Below are positions 28,448 through 42,508 of a DNA stretch of 64,000 nt, one piece after another. Location: NCBI RefSeq assembly GCF_009914755.1, contig NC_060928.1; one strand, written 5' to 3'. How positions within the stretch are numbered: the first letter of the stretch is position 1; every line of letters starts with the position of its first letter. The stretch comes from the human T2T-CHM13v2.0 reference genome, Homo sapiens. The notes under the pieces were generated by a model. It did not search any database. It was given only the letters and a program-made list of their open reading frames with translations, and was not told the DNA's origin. The position numbers and the translations under genes were made by a program.

Positions 28448-31400
28448 GTAAGTAATATTCTTTAAATAAAACGAAGTTCTATTTCAAAGATACATTTTAA
28501 TTAATACATAGCCAAGGGGAGAGTAGAAAAGAAGTGGCCAAAACTTAAAATTAAATTAGCAAATAGTTTATCTTTACATTCATATGTTTAAGTCTTTCAC
28601 AGAATTGTATTCACTAGAGTTTTTTGAACTTTTAATTATTAGATAGACATGCTTGATTTTTCTTTATGTAATTCTTGTGGTGAGAGGTTTTTGTTTATGT
28701 TAGTAATGAAAACTCTCTCAGGTAGTGGTTTTCAGATGTTGTCAAGAAATTCTACTTCTGGCAGGATTCCACTTGGGGCTGAACATTTTAGATATAAACA
28801 ATATAATCCATATATGTTCACCCATTGTCTTTTGGGTAGTTTTTAGATGGTGGTTGGCCCATATTCTTAATTTTAAAAAGCATTGATCCTTATGCTATGC
28901 AGGAAGCAATAAGAATGTGAAATAATTGGACATCAGTAAATATTCCCTGTACAGTCTTCTTGACCTAGGTCACAGAACAGCCAATTATGAAAAGGAAAAC
29001 AAATTAACCTCATTCACTAAGTTGCATGGAGCTTTTGCAGAAAGTACAGTACTCACTACTCAATACTGTCATAATATGATTAGTGTTCAACCTTTTATTT
29101 TCTGCTAGTAGTTCTAGGTTAGTGAGGGTTTTAGATACTGAATATAGTGTTATTTCACTTAGCAATATAAAGAAGATTATTCAATTTTGATTATTATATT
29201 AGTAATAATAATCAGTTCAACATGTAAATTATTGCAGAATCCTAATTCTGCCTTTGGAAGTAAATCATAACAAAAATATTCAGAAATAGATATAATTAAA
29301 GCTTTATTGCAAAATGCATGTTGACTTGAAATAATAAAATATATATAGTATAATTGTGTAAAACTGAGAGAGATCAGATGTTTGTAGAATGCTGACAGAA
29401 TGAGCTAGAATGCTGTCCTCATGATGTCATCAAGGCAACATATAATTTAAAACATTCCTGTTAATATTAAGAGGTGGAGAGAACATTTACATATTTACAA
29501 TGCTGTGATAAAGACAATGCTAGGCAGCTTGGGGATACAGTTAAACATCTATTGTTGACTTCAAAATACATTAGCAAATGATATAACTTTAATATGTAAG
29601 CATTCCTTCTTAAAGCTTATAGTACATTAGGAAAACAGAGATAATAGTCGAATATATTGCTAAATAATTATGGAGGTTTTTAAAAGTAAAAAATGGAGAG
29701 CTATTAAAAATTTGACCATCAAAGTATTCAATGAAGAAGTCATAGATAATAAGATATGGAAGTGATCTAATTGATAATTCTGAGCCACTCCTTTATTTAA
29801 CACATAAAATAACTGAAGAGCAGAGTGAATACATTACTTATTAAATTACTTATTACTGGTGACTTATTACTTATTAAATGTCACCAGGCAAATTACTGTC
29901 AGCCTTGGGACCAAGAGTAGTATTCCATCTCCCATTTGTACTTCAAATTAAGAAGATTATAGTTCTTAGAGATTTTTGAGACTGTCATATAAGAACACGT
30001 ACTTAGTAGATAGGTTTTTGATCTCTCGCTATACTAGGCATTGTTTTTAGTTCTTTGCAGGAATTATTTAACTTAATCATCCCAACAATTCTATGAATTA
30101 AGTACTTTTATTATCCTCATTGTACACATTAGGCTAATGAAATAGACCCTTGCCCAAGGTCATACAGTTACAGTGATGCTGTGGGAGAGGGAGTCTGATA
30201 CTGTTATACGATTAATACCTGTGGAGTCCTATTATAGTTTGAAAATTGTTACCCACATCCAGATTATATGCTTAACATTTCAAAAAGAGTAGTGTCTAAA
30301 TTGTTTTGAGAAATTTGAAGGAGACTCTATTGGATTTTTTAATTTCTTAGAGATGAAAATGACACTAGCAATTTTATTTGTAATTTTATGTAATAGCATA
30401 TGATTATATAATAGCTTTGAAAGTCCTAGGAGTGTTCATTTTTTCACTTTTAAGCTCTACATTAAAAAAAATCTCCATTTGGGGACTCAGTAGTGAATAA
30501 AAGAAAGGTCCCTGCCCTTTAGAGAGCCATATTTCAATGTGGTAAACAAGTAAACAACGTAAAATATAATTCATTTTAGTTCTTAGAATAAAATTAGAAG
30601 GTGTGCTATGGTATTTGGGTATGGAATTTGGGGGATTACTCAAGAGTTATAAGCATTTCTGGGAAATTTTTTGAGTCATAAATAATTCACTGAAATCTCA
30701 TTAGCTACAGAAAATAACAACAAAACAACTTATGCCTAACAATATTTTTTGGCACTTAGTATGTTTCAGGGACTTGATCAGTACTTTTATGAATTATCAT
30801 ATGAATATAAGTAAAATATATTTTAATGTTTGGATAATTAGAAATCTAGTTAGAAAAATAAGACATTGAAAATACATGCAATAGTTAACAGCATAGAAAA
30901 ATGGGAAAGTATAAATATATATATGAGCAATATATAAAAAGATAGCCAATATTTAGTTTGTATAGAAATAATAATGCAGCTTCAACTTTATTAAAATTAT
31001 GCTTTTTTATGATTATAGAAGTAACAAAAGTGGAGAAATATGTGGGAAAGCAAGTATACAAAAATACTCAAATTGGAAGCCTGAGTGAATAATGGGATAA
31101 AACTTCACAGGAAATAGAAAGTAAATTGAATTTGCCCAATGAACATTTATATCAATTAGCTGCCCACCTGCCTCTCATAAATGTTAATAATACTAGGAAA
31201 AGATCAAAAAAAGATCAAGAAATGTTTCTCATAAAATTTTATGGAGCAAATCACTATAATATCCAAGCATGTATTTTACTGCTAAATGCATCCAAGTCTT
31301 GTGAAGCTCCCCTAGTGGGTACCTTCATAAAAGGGACACGATGGAAACTTGCTCCAAATTGCAGGACTCATGTGAATGGACTATCATTTAAACATAGTGG

Positions 31401-33304
31401 GATGGAATGGAAAATTTTATTTTAAACTATGCTACTTTGTAGTAAATCGTTATAATATTTGTGACAACTGAGACTACCTAAAAATATATAATTTGTTGAG
31501 AAACATTTCATATGCACTAGGTGAACAGAAAACTAATTTGACTTAGTGATACTATTACAAAGTCATGTACTTCAGAATCAGTTTTAGGAAATATTTTGAG
31601 CCTTCTCAATTGTAGCAATTGTACTTATGAAAGATTCTATTTTTGAAATATTGCACATGATTGTTAGTTAGAAACATATGTTCTTATTTGTCCAGGCAGA
31701 GAGTTAAGGGGAATGGTGGGAAAAGAAAAGAAAGGGAGATTTTTCATTGTTATGTTTTTTACATCCTTTGAAAACCTGTGAATGACTTGATATATTGCCT
31801 AATTTTAATTAAATTCAACTGTAAAAAAGAAACACTTGCATTTCTTGTCTTTAATATAATATGGAAGCATTTGGCATAAATAGAATTTGCTTCAGTCGAA
31901 AGCAACTATTTTTGTTACATATTAGCTCTACTGTCTGTGTAACCTCTCAGAGGTGGCAATGATTCTAAATCACATTGGGAAAAGGAAAGATTTCTAATCT
32001 ATTTGTTGAGGATATAAATAGCCATTCTTTTATTTCATGTTTATTAAGGTCCTATTCTGTGCAAGTACTGCTGTAGGTGCTATTAATGAATAAATATGTA
32101 GATTATTCTTGTGTTAGATATATGTATATTCTTCCCAGTTAGGAAGACCAGGTAAATATTGTTTTTAAACTGTAAAATAGGAAAAAGTAACATTATTCTT
32201 TCCCCCATAATTGTTTCATTTATTTATTGTTCATTAATTTGTTTCACCATTTTAAAAAAATTATATAGAGTTTAAACAGAAAACGATTATAGATATTTTA
32301 TTTTGCTATTTATGCACAATCTTACATTTGTAAAATGGCAAATGACATTCTTCTCTAAATTAAGCACTTTCGGCATTATATATTATATTTAAATAGTTAA
32401 CTGAAAAGAGCAAACATTTAAGAAATAATCTCGAACATCTGGAAATACCTTTTCTATTTGAATGCAGTACTGTGAGCATATTCGTGTTACTATTTTCTTT
32501 CTCAAGGCGGCAAAGGCTATTGTGAGGCTGCCTGTAATTGGTGATTAATTTGGGGGACTAGTTGATGTCATGGCCACTCTAGAATTAGGTTGTAAAACAA
32601 TTTCTGCATTTGTCTTGGCATGTGAAAATGAAAGTTATTTCCTTCAGTTGGAGTACCTTTGAGAGCCTGAAGTAGAGGTGGGCAAAGAATTGAGAGGAAT
32701 ATCCGATGTTTGCACCATATACATCTTTTATGTATATGGATTGAAAACACTGGTTTCCTATACTTGCTAATGTTTACTTCCAATACTTTCTTAATTTTTA
32801 AGGTTTATCTATATATGAGAGTCAGTGTATACTGCCATCCATCCTAGATAAGAAGTGGTACATATGGCTGAAAAATTATACTGATAATGTGTAGTCCCGG
32901 AGTGTTTCTTTTTAAGATTTGTTCTACTTTGATTTACTACTGCCTGTATGACTCCTTTAGATCATTGCCCTGAGAGGACCCACGGGTAAAGAAAAGTTCA
33001 ACTCTATTGCCAATTCTCTGAACAATGACCTAAAAGGCTAGACACTGACACAGTAGAGCAGCATGTGGGATCTATTTCTCAATGTCATAATGAAGTTGCG
33101 AAAGGTCAGCTGAAACTGGTTCCATAATGTCACCCTTTTAGATCACATAAATTATATATCTGCAAAGAAAAACTTTTTTTTGAGGCATTTCCTCTGTGAA
33201 ATTGCCTCAGATGGAAGTGACTTACCGTTTCCAGGTCTGTCATTGATGTTTGCCATTCTGTGTGGGTGAAAACCTCATGCCTTGAATGTGTTTGCTTCTG
33301 AAAG

Positions 33305-33457
33305 GCTACTACACATGCGTGGAAGTCATCTTCACCCTGAGGAGGCAGGTCGGCTTTTACATGATGGGGGTCTACGCCCCAACCCTGCTCATTGTTGTTC
33401 TCTCCTGGCTTTCCTTCTGGATCAACCCGGACGCGAGTGCTGCCAGAGTGCCCCTGG
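33305..33457 (+). CDS. GLRB: GLRB exon 8 (153 nt), loop C-TM1-start of TM2: (G)[50 protein letters not shown](G)
   Basis: Acceptor tttgcttctgaaag| and donor TGG|gtaagg; lies within ORF 33286..33537. Confidence 0.97.
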
Positions 33458-35522
33458 GTAAGGTGTTCCATGCTTTTTTGTCACATCAGGAACAGATTAT
33501 ATCTTTATCTAACTTACCATATAATCAACTACTTTGAAACAATGAGTTTTAGAATTGTTAGCCACCAATTTCGGTGTTTAAAGACTTTCTTCAAAACTTG
33601 ATATTGAACTAGATTTTCTCAATGTTTATGCACTCTATAATTAAGCTAAGTTTCTCTTTTCATGTCCTTGGAGTATTATAAGCAGTTAATCTATTTTTCT
33701 GTCATGAAATAATTATTTATAAGTGATTTTCACGGATAACTATGTCTAAAACCTTCGGTAGTGCCAAACTTAAAAATGAATAACTATTTCGAAGGAAGTC
33801 TTTCTGAAAAATAGTATGTATTATCACATACTCTTAGGGAATAGTAATCTAATTTACTTTTTAAAAATTACGAAAAATTATGTAGCCATCATTTTCCCAA
33901 CCATTGGTTATTGTGTGCTATATCAGGGCTGGTTGCCTGTCCCTTGAGGGCCATTGCTCTCCAGTTTATTTTTAATGCTTTGTGACATAGAAATACCACC
34001 AGCCAGTCTTTTGAAAATTGTGTCTGTATAATGGCTAAAAAGCCTTTGCTTAAGGAAATAAGCAAGCGCCCTTCCTATGGATAAATTGAATAAACTTCAA
34101 AATATGTACATTGCATCAACAAATTTTGGTTGGTTGGAGTGTTTCAAAATTTTTTATTACTGTGTGTCTGTGTGTTTTCTGAATATCACCTGGAACTCAC
34201 ACTGGTAAGACTGTGAACTGTCTGACCTCCTCAGTGAGTATGTAGTTGCTACATTTAAATTTTCTTCCATCGAAAAGGCCTTGTGCAAATCTCTCTCCTG
34301 ACTTACTGGAGGAATTAAATGAAATACAGATTTTAAAGAGTAGGAAGCTAGGAAAGAAGCCATGAAAATGGCAATGTCATCTGAAGAAGAAATTTGTTTT
34401 TTTTACATCTAATTGAAATCACACAGACCAAATTTATAACCAAAAATGTGAGAAATTTCATCATGGATAAAAACTATGTATTATTACATGTATTATATTT
34501 ACTGGGAAAATAACCAAAAAAACCTGAATTTAAATTCTTAGACTTGTCAAAAATATATATTTCTCTCAAATAATTTTTGTTGTTGTTATTCATTAGAAGT
34601 TTCTTATGTTCATGCAGTGATATAAATGTCAGGCTTCCAAGACTACTTTGGAGACAACTCAATTTCTGACATATCCTTTAAGAATTTTTCATCTCCATTC
34701 ATTGCAGGACTTCTGATACCAGGTTCCTGAGCTGTGACTTGATATCCAGGCTGAAAGTTCAATGGCTGAAAGTCAGTCTCTAGAGTTAACTTGGGTTTGA
34801 AAGCCAGTTCTGGATTTACTAGCTGTGACAAGTTGGACAACAGATTTAACTTCTTTAAAAATAACTCTGCTGAAATGTCAATAGGGATGATAAAAATACC
34901 CAAGAAGCTCCAGGGAGTATTAAGAAAATGAGTGAAAGCCTATATTACACATTCAGGAGTTAATAATGAGCTACATTTTTATATTGCTTTACAGTTTGCA
35001 AAGCAGTTCTACATATTTTGATTCCTTCAACAAGTATTTGTTTTGTGTTATGTGTTAGGTACTATTAAAAAAGATGGGGATGTTGTTAACAAAATAAATA
35101 GCTAATAAATAGTTAATAAAATGCATTAAAACACTTCTTAGCTTCAATGAGTATATATGTTATTGGGAAGAAACAGGCACCAAATAAATATAATATATCA
35201 TATGTAAGATAGTGATGTAAGATAGCAAGTTTGGAGGTAGCAAACTGCTTGTTAGAAAGGCCACAGTGAGAGGGTAATACTGGATAGAGACAAGAAGGAG
35301 GTGAAGAAATGAGTCATTTCTAGGACAGAGTGGGCCAGACAGTGATCATCTGGGCTGCATTCCTGAGGCAGGAGCATGCTTGGACATTGGGGGAACAAGG
35401 AGGCCACTGTGGCTGGAGCAGAACAAGTCAAAGGGAGAGTAGTGGGAAAGGAGGTCAGAAAGATAACAGCGATGAGGGGTGGACTATGTAGCATCTGCTG
35501 AAAAATCCTGATGATTTTGAGC

Positions 35523-35812
<290 letters not shown>

Positions 35813-36034
35813 GATTTTAGTTTTTATTCAGCATGAAATACAAAGTCGCTAAAGGCTTTTACACATGATCTGACTTAAATTTTAACCAGATCTCTTTGCT
35901 TACTTTGTTGAGAACAGAATGACCTCGGGCAAGAGCAGAAGCAAGGAAAGCAGTTAGGAGACAATTGCAATAATTCAGGTAAATATTTGGTCTAGTGAGT
36001 AGTAGTGCAGGTGCTGATAAATATTTGATGATGG

Positions 36035-36343
36035 GGCTGAGAGCAGTGGCTCACCCCTGTAATCCCAGCACTTTGGGAGGCAAAGGTGGGCAAATCACCT
36101 GAGGTCAGGAGTTGGAGACCAGCCTTGCCAACATGGTAAAACCCCGTCTCTACCAAAAATGCAAAAAATTAGCCAGGCATGGTGGTGGACACCTGTAACC
36201 CCAGTTACTCGGGAGGCTGAGGACTGAGAAATTGCTTGAACCTGGGTCTCAGAGGTTGCAATGAGCTGAGATTGCACTACTGCACTCCAGCCTGGGCAAC
36301 AGAGTGAGACTCCATCCCCCACCTCCCCCCGCAAAAAAAAAAA
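36035..36343 (+). mobile_element. Alu (S-type)
   Basis: Full dimer with A tail; TSD atttgatgatgg / attagatgatgg. Confidence 0.94.
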
Positions 36344-37259
36344 TTAGATGATGGGTGGTAGTGAAGGTTGAGATAAAAGGTATTTGTAGGTATCTTGAAT
36401 GTGAGATTAAAGAAAGTAGAATCAGGGTTAACTTCAAGATTATTTTGGATGAAAAACTAGAAATATGAAATTGACCTTAGCCGAGATGGGCAAAGGTGCA
36501 AGTAAATACAGTGGCTTTGAGAAGATGGGCAGGCCAGGAGCTTTGCTTTAGACACGTTAAGGTTCCAATGTCAGTTAGGTGGAGATATCAGATAGGCAGT
36601 TGGATATGCAAGTCTGGGTTTAATTGGAAATTTCAAAACTGGAGTAGGAATTTAAACTTTGTCAAAATATAGTTGGTTTTCAATCTCTGGTTGGAATCAC
36701 AGGGGAGTGAGCGTAAGCAGAGAAATCTAAGAGGGACTGAGAAAATGAGGAACAACCAGTATGATGCAGTTTCCTAAAAGTCAAGTGAACAAAGTATTTC
36801 TAGGTCAAGAAAGTGACCAACCAACTGTTCATGGATCAATGACTTTTAGAGCTAAAGATTACCATTAGACTAAAGGAGCTGGGGAGGTCATTGGTGTCCA
36901 TGGACAGTTTCTTTGAAGTGAGAAGAAGAAAGCCTGATTGGACTGGCTTCAGGAAAGAAGATGAGGGGGGGATTGGAGATATTTAGTATACATAACTCAT
37001 TGGAGGTTGTTAACTATAAAAAGAAAAAGAATAAGAAAATAGCTAGGGTAAGAATAAAAGTCAAGAAAGTGTTTTTCATTTTTTAAAGGTAGATGAATTC
37101 ATAGTATGTTTAGTTTGTTTTTGATGAAGGACAACCAGTAGTGAAGGAAAAACTGAGAGATGGAAAAAGTGCAGGAGCAGTGACCTTGAGAAAGGAAGAG
37201 GGGATGAGATCCAGGAAATGGAGATATTGCCCTTTGCTAGGAGCAAAATGCATTTGCCC

Positions 37260-37512
37260 CAAAGGTAAGCAAACTCCTGTAGAAGGCCAGAGAGTAGAAT
37301 CAGGGTTGACTTCAACAAAGTCAATGAACCTTCATTTGAGGTTTGTGGGCCATATGCTTTCTGTCATTCCGTTAAACTCTGCTCTTACCTGTTCTATGGT
37401 AAAGCAGCCATAGACAATATATAACTGAACGAGTATGGATGTGTTAAACAAAACTTTATTTATAAAATAGATGGGTCAGATTGGCCTACAGGTCATAGTT
37501 TGCTGATCCCTG
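37260..37512. mobile_element. MER58A (hAT-Charlie) with an internal insert
   Basis: aaagcagccatagacaat...aaaactttatttataaaa...tagtttgctgatccctg. Confidence 0.8.
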
Positions 37513-37689
37513 GTCCATAGTATCAGAAGAGAAGGCAGAGTATATGGACACAAAGGGAGGTAGATGGGTAGATATTTAAACAGTTGTGTGGGCTACCTCC
37601 TCTTATTTGGTGAATTATACCAATTGATTTCTAGATGTTAGATGAGTTGTGAATTACTAGAACAAAAAGTGTTCGTAGTACTCCCTTTT

Positions 37690-38480
37690 CCTTTTAATGT
37701 TAGGCTGTAGTAGTAATGTTCCATCTTTCATTCCTGATATTATTAAATAGTGAATTTTCTGTTTATTTTCTTGATCACTCAAGCTAAAGGATTTTTTATT
37801 TTATCGATATTTTCAAAGCACCAGCTTTTATCTCATTAATTTTCTCTATTTGTTTATTTTCCTTTTTATTGATTTTTAGCTATGTTTATTATTTCCTTTC
37901 TACTTACTTTGCATTTAATTTGATCTCTTTGTAATTGCTGAAAGTAGGACTCAGACAATTGGTTTTAGATCTTTCTCCTTTTCTAACATGAACATTTACA
38001 GTTGTAAATTTCTCTGTAAGCATTGCTTTAACTTCAGTACACAAATTTTGGTATATTGTATTTTCATCTTTCAGTTGAAATATTTCATAACTTATCTTTG
38101 ATTTCTTCTTTGGCCCATGGATTCTTTAGAAATGTAGAGTTTTTTATGGGTACCTGAATATGATTGCTTTCTAACTTAATTCCATCTTTGTCAGAGAATA
38201 TACTCACGGATTTCAATTCTTTTATGTGTGTTGAGATTTTTTTTAAACAGCCCATTCTAGCATATGCCTCCTGGTAAACACCATGTGCACGTGCAGTGTG
38301 TATTAGTCATTGTTTGTTGTGTTCTGTAAGTATCATTACCGTCAAGTTGGTTAGTAGCTCTGTTGAAATCTTTTATCTCTTTTGTGTGGTTATTGTTATT
38401 GGTGAGAGATGTTAAGATCTCCAATTATAATTATGGAATTACGCTGCAGGTATTTGGAAGGTCTGTTATTAGACCCTAAA
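37690..38480 (-). mobile_element. Old L1M ORF2 (endonuclease region) fragment
   Basis: Degenerate match to the antisense L1 ORF2 sequence at 49700-50500. Confidence 0.65.
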
Positions 38481-41400
38481 TTATAATTTTATCTAAAAAG
38501 AAAAGGAAATAATACTGACTCAGACTAAATTTCAGGATATCCAGTTAATATAGCTGTTTTGATTCTGCATATCTTTCCTTACTCTACTATTTTTCCCCTA
38601 CATTCTCCCAAAGGATTAAATAAATAAGTTTACCAGTCTCTTTTGTTATGGCCTGTAGTTTTTATGTTCTAAAAGTTAGCAGACAACATAGAGCATAAAG
38701 TAATTACTTTAAATTGCCCTAGATTCATTTTGCTTTTTTAAAAAATTAGTTTTGTATTCTACTTTTATTTTTCACCCAGCCTTTTTGTGATTAACTTTCC
38801 CCATTGTTAACAAATATCAAAGATTCCCTGGAGAATTTTAGGTAAGGACTTTTGTCTTAAGCTATTTCGCCAAGTATGGAAGGAACTATGCACAGAACTA
38901 TTGAAGTAACGTTTTGTAATACTCTTAACTAAGTAAACTATACTGTATCTTTTTCTGTTACACAAAATACTTTAGTTTCTGCTAAAGGGAATACTTTTTT
39001 TAACAAATAACTTTCAATTATAAATGCAAAAAGATTAATAATTTGGGTCAAAGTTCCCTTTCCTTTTAGTATTCTTTAACTAAAAATTATGAAATGATAA
39101 TATGCTAATATAATTTATTAATAGTAGTACTTTTAAATGAATTTTCATTTTATTAACAACAATTTCAAATGTACAAATTTGGTGATTATCACAGTATGAG
39201 ATAAATTATTTGGAGTTGAGACAGGAGTTGGCATGTGTGCACTTGCAATTGCTCCTTGACCTGCTCTGTTGATTCATGGCATTGGTTATTAATAGCAAAT
39301 GCCATACTGTCTCTGCCTTCCATTTCTTTTCTTTTCCTTTCTTTCTTCCTCTCTTTTCTTTCCTTATTTTTTCTTCTCTTTTCTTTTTCTAGTTTTCAAT
39401 TTTTCTCTTTTCACCAATACATTCCTAGTATATATGCTGTTAGGGAATTATTTTGCGGATTCTTCCTCTGTGATTGGATGGACAAGAAATCTGTGGACAT
39501 TCCATAGACAATCATAGAGGTTACTGTATATATCTTGAAAAATTGAGATGATTTTGTCATTATACAATTCTGTCTCCATGTTGATGAGCTAAATAACTTC
39601 AACCCTGACTTGTTTATGGAAGATTTTGCTCACTTCAACCTCCTTATATAGCTTATTTGATATATGCTATATAAGGCTATATTATGATAATGCTAAAGTA
39701 TTTTTACAAAGTAGCATTATTTGCTCAGATTTCTTATTTTTAGCTAGAAAATGCTAATAGGTGTTTTCTATTATAATACGATTTTCCAAAGATAAGGCAC
39801 ATAGTGTGTGTTCACTTTCTTCTTCTTAACTTCTTCAACTTTCCTTCTTATATCTGATATGATAAAAGTCTTGAATTCACTACCATTGTTTCTAACCGAA
39901 TGTGTGGAATTATGAATACTCCCCTTTTCCCTCCAAAATCTATAAATATTCTGTCACACCTTTTAAAGACAATCCTTTCATCTGTTTCTTCAATCAGTCC
40001 CCCTTTTCTGACACCAAAACATCTTTACCTCACAAAGTCCTCTCTCTTTTCAGACATCTATTTGAATGATATTGGCTAATCTTTTCAAAAAGTTCTTTCA
40101 GATTCTCAGGTGCAATGTGCTGTGTCATGATCATCGGTTCTTTGTTCCTTGGCCTTTATCTAATCTTTCAATGTTTTCCTGACAAAGTCATCTTCTTTTC
40201 TATAGGCCCCTTCCCCATCTTTTTTACGGAAATTCTTCCAGTCATCCTGTTCATAACTTTGTCTCAATTTTTTCCTTCTTCCTTGAATCAGTAACTGTTT
40301 TCAAATGTTTTCTCTGCTTTTTTTCACATCTGTCCTATCATAACGTAGGCCTTCATTTCCTTATACTTTGTTTCCCCAACTACTAATTTTCTTTCTCAGT
40401 CTATTTTGTATATCCACACCAAAGTAATGCTACTTAAGTATTCTTTTGATAATGTAATTTCTCTTTCCTTAATTCCAAATTTCTGAATATTCTCTACCAA
40501 ACATGGTATAAAAAGCCACTACAGAACTCTGAAGGCCTTCTATAATCTGAAATTATTCTCTATTTCATCATAAAGTTTCTAATCTATCAGGATAAATATT
40601 CAGGTATACAGCTAAGCTTACTAAAATTTAATATCTTCTAGGTTATTAATCAGCATGAAATACTATGGAAACAGAGAGGATAGTGTCAAAATAGTTTATC
40701 TCAAGGAAATAAGTTAGGCTTGTTTTTGATTGGTAATTTGACTCACAAAATTTGGCAAAGAATAGAAAAATTAACTTAGAATGACAGTTTGCCAAGTTAA
40801 TTCCCATGGCTATAATCAACTGTAGTTTAGGGCAGTAATTGATAAGGTCTTGGATTTTTATGTTACTTTCCACTTTTGACCACAGTTTGATTGCACTGTG
40901 GTCTGAGAGACAGTTAATGTAAGACCTACATTAACTTTTAAAATACAATTCTCTTAATTAGTTTTTAGTTTTCCTTAGGGCCGAGGATAATTATTGTAAA
41001 AGTAAACTAGGAGCTTATCAAGTTGTTATATATTGAATATTGTTTTCATCTGCAGAAGTTATATTTGCTTAACGTGTTTCCTTCTAATAGAGAGTATCTT
41101 AGGTTCTTGAATGCAAAAAACACTTTTCAGAAGCTTCTGAAATGATGCAATTGATATATTTTTCAATGTTTAACTGATTATTAATACTAATATAGTGTTT
41201 GTAATTTCATGGGAAGGGAAAAGAGAGCCAAGTAGACATTTAATTATTATGGTGATATATATACATTAATTCTCATAAGTGGCCAAATCTAAGAAGAAAA
41301 AATTATACTCAACCCAGTATGTGAGATGGACTCACAGAGCCAAGTCAGATCTGTTTTCTATTTCAAGTAAAGTGAGTCTCCCTTGACACTGAATGAGGTT

Positions 41401-42215
41401 CCTTTTCTGACTCAGCATGTTCCTGGTAGCCCATGCCAATAGGTTATAGCTATAAAATATATTTCATCATCTTCTCTCTTGAAAATACGAAGGAAAGGAA
41501 AAAGAGAGAGGAATGGCAGGGAGAGTGGCAATTGGGAAGAGAAAGAGAGCAATAAATTATTGCAATTCTTCTTTGGAGTCTGACAATTACTTGACTTAAA
41601 TTAGTGTATAATGTGTTAGCTTTCATTGAAGGGTTACCATTACATGGAGCAGACCTTCATACCTTTCTTTGGAAATCTGGAATCATATGTTCTCCCTAAA
41701 CAGGAATATTTCCTGCTGTGTCTTTTCTATTAGTTTTTTTTATTATGAACCTTATCAAAACATTGCTTTATATGTTCTGTTCTTGCTCTGATTTAGTTGC
41801 TCATGGGGACAAAACTCAGCTCTATAACTGAAATCTTTCTCAAACAAAGCTGAAAAATAACATACATAATCTGTCTCATAAGAGAGCTCTGTGGCTTCCT
41901 CAGAGATACTATACAATAGTTTTAGCCATCTTTAATATTGAAAACAGGTCCAAATTATATTTTTATACCCTGGTTTAAATTTCTATTTATTTTTTAAAAT
42001 CCTAAGTATTTACAAAATCCTCAACCATAGTCAATAGTCCTTACAGAAAAGGCATGTACCTATTATTTATTCTAGTCTTTGAGCTTTAAGGGGACCTGAC
42101 AAATTGTTCATGGGTCATTGGAAGTTACTGGAGACGGATTTAGTCAAAGAGTAATGACCCCAGAACATCTCATAGGGATAAAAAGCAACTTTCATTCCTC
42201 TTTCTGTTTCTGTAG

Positions 42216-42508
42216 GTATCTTCTCAGTCCTCAGCTTGGCCTCTGAGTGCACAACCCTTGCCGCTGAGCTTCCCAAAGTTTCCTATGTGAAGGCTCTTGA
42301 TGTTTGGCTTATTGCTTGCCTTCTCTTTGGGTTTGCTTCCCTGGTGGAGTATGCAGTTGTCCAGGTGATGCTGAACAACCCCAAAAGGGTTGAAGCTGAA
42401 AAAGCCAGAATTGCTAAGGCTGAGCAAGCAGATGGAAAAGGTGGAAATGTGGCTAAAAAGAATACTGTGAATGGAACAGGGACTCCTGTTCATATTAGCA
42501 CTTTGCAG
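42216..42508 (+). CDS. GLRB: GLRB exon 9 (293 nt), TM2-TM3 and start of the intracellular loop: (G)[30 protein letters not shown]...VHISTLQ
   Basis: Acceptor tttctgtttctgtag| and donor CAG|gtaagg; LPKVSYVKA motif; ORF 42236..42598. Confidence 0.98.

Noticed and set aside
33130-33471. 113-aa antisense ORF over exon 8 (also 42224..42493 over exon 9)
   Set aside because: Shadow ORFs of coding exons with no independent support.
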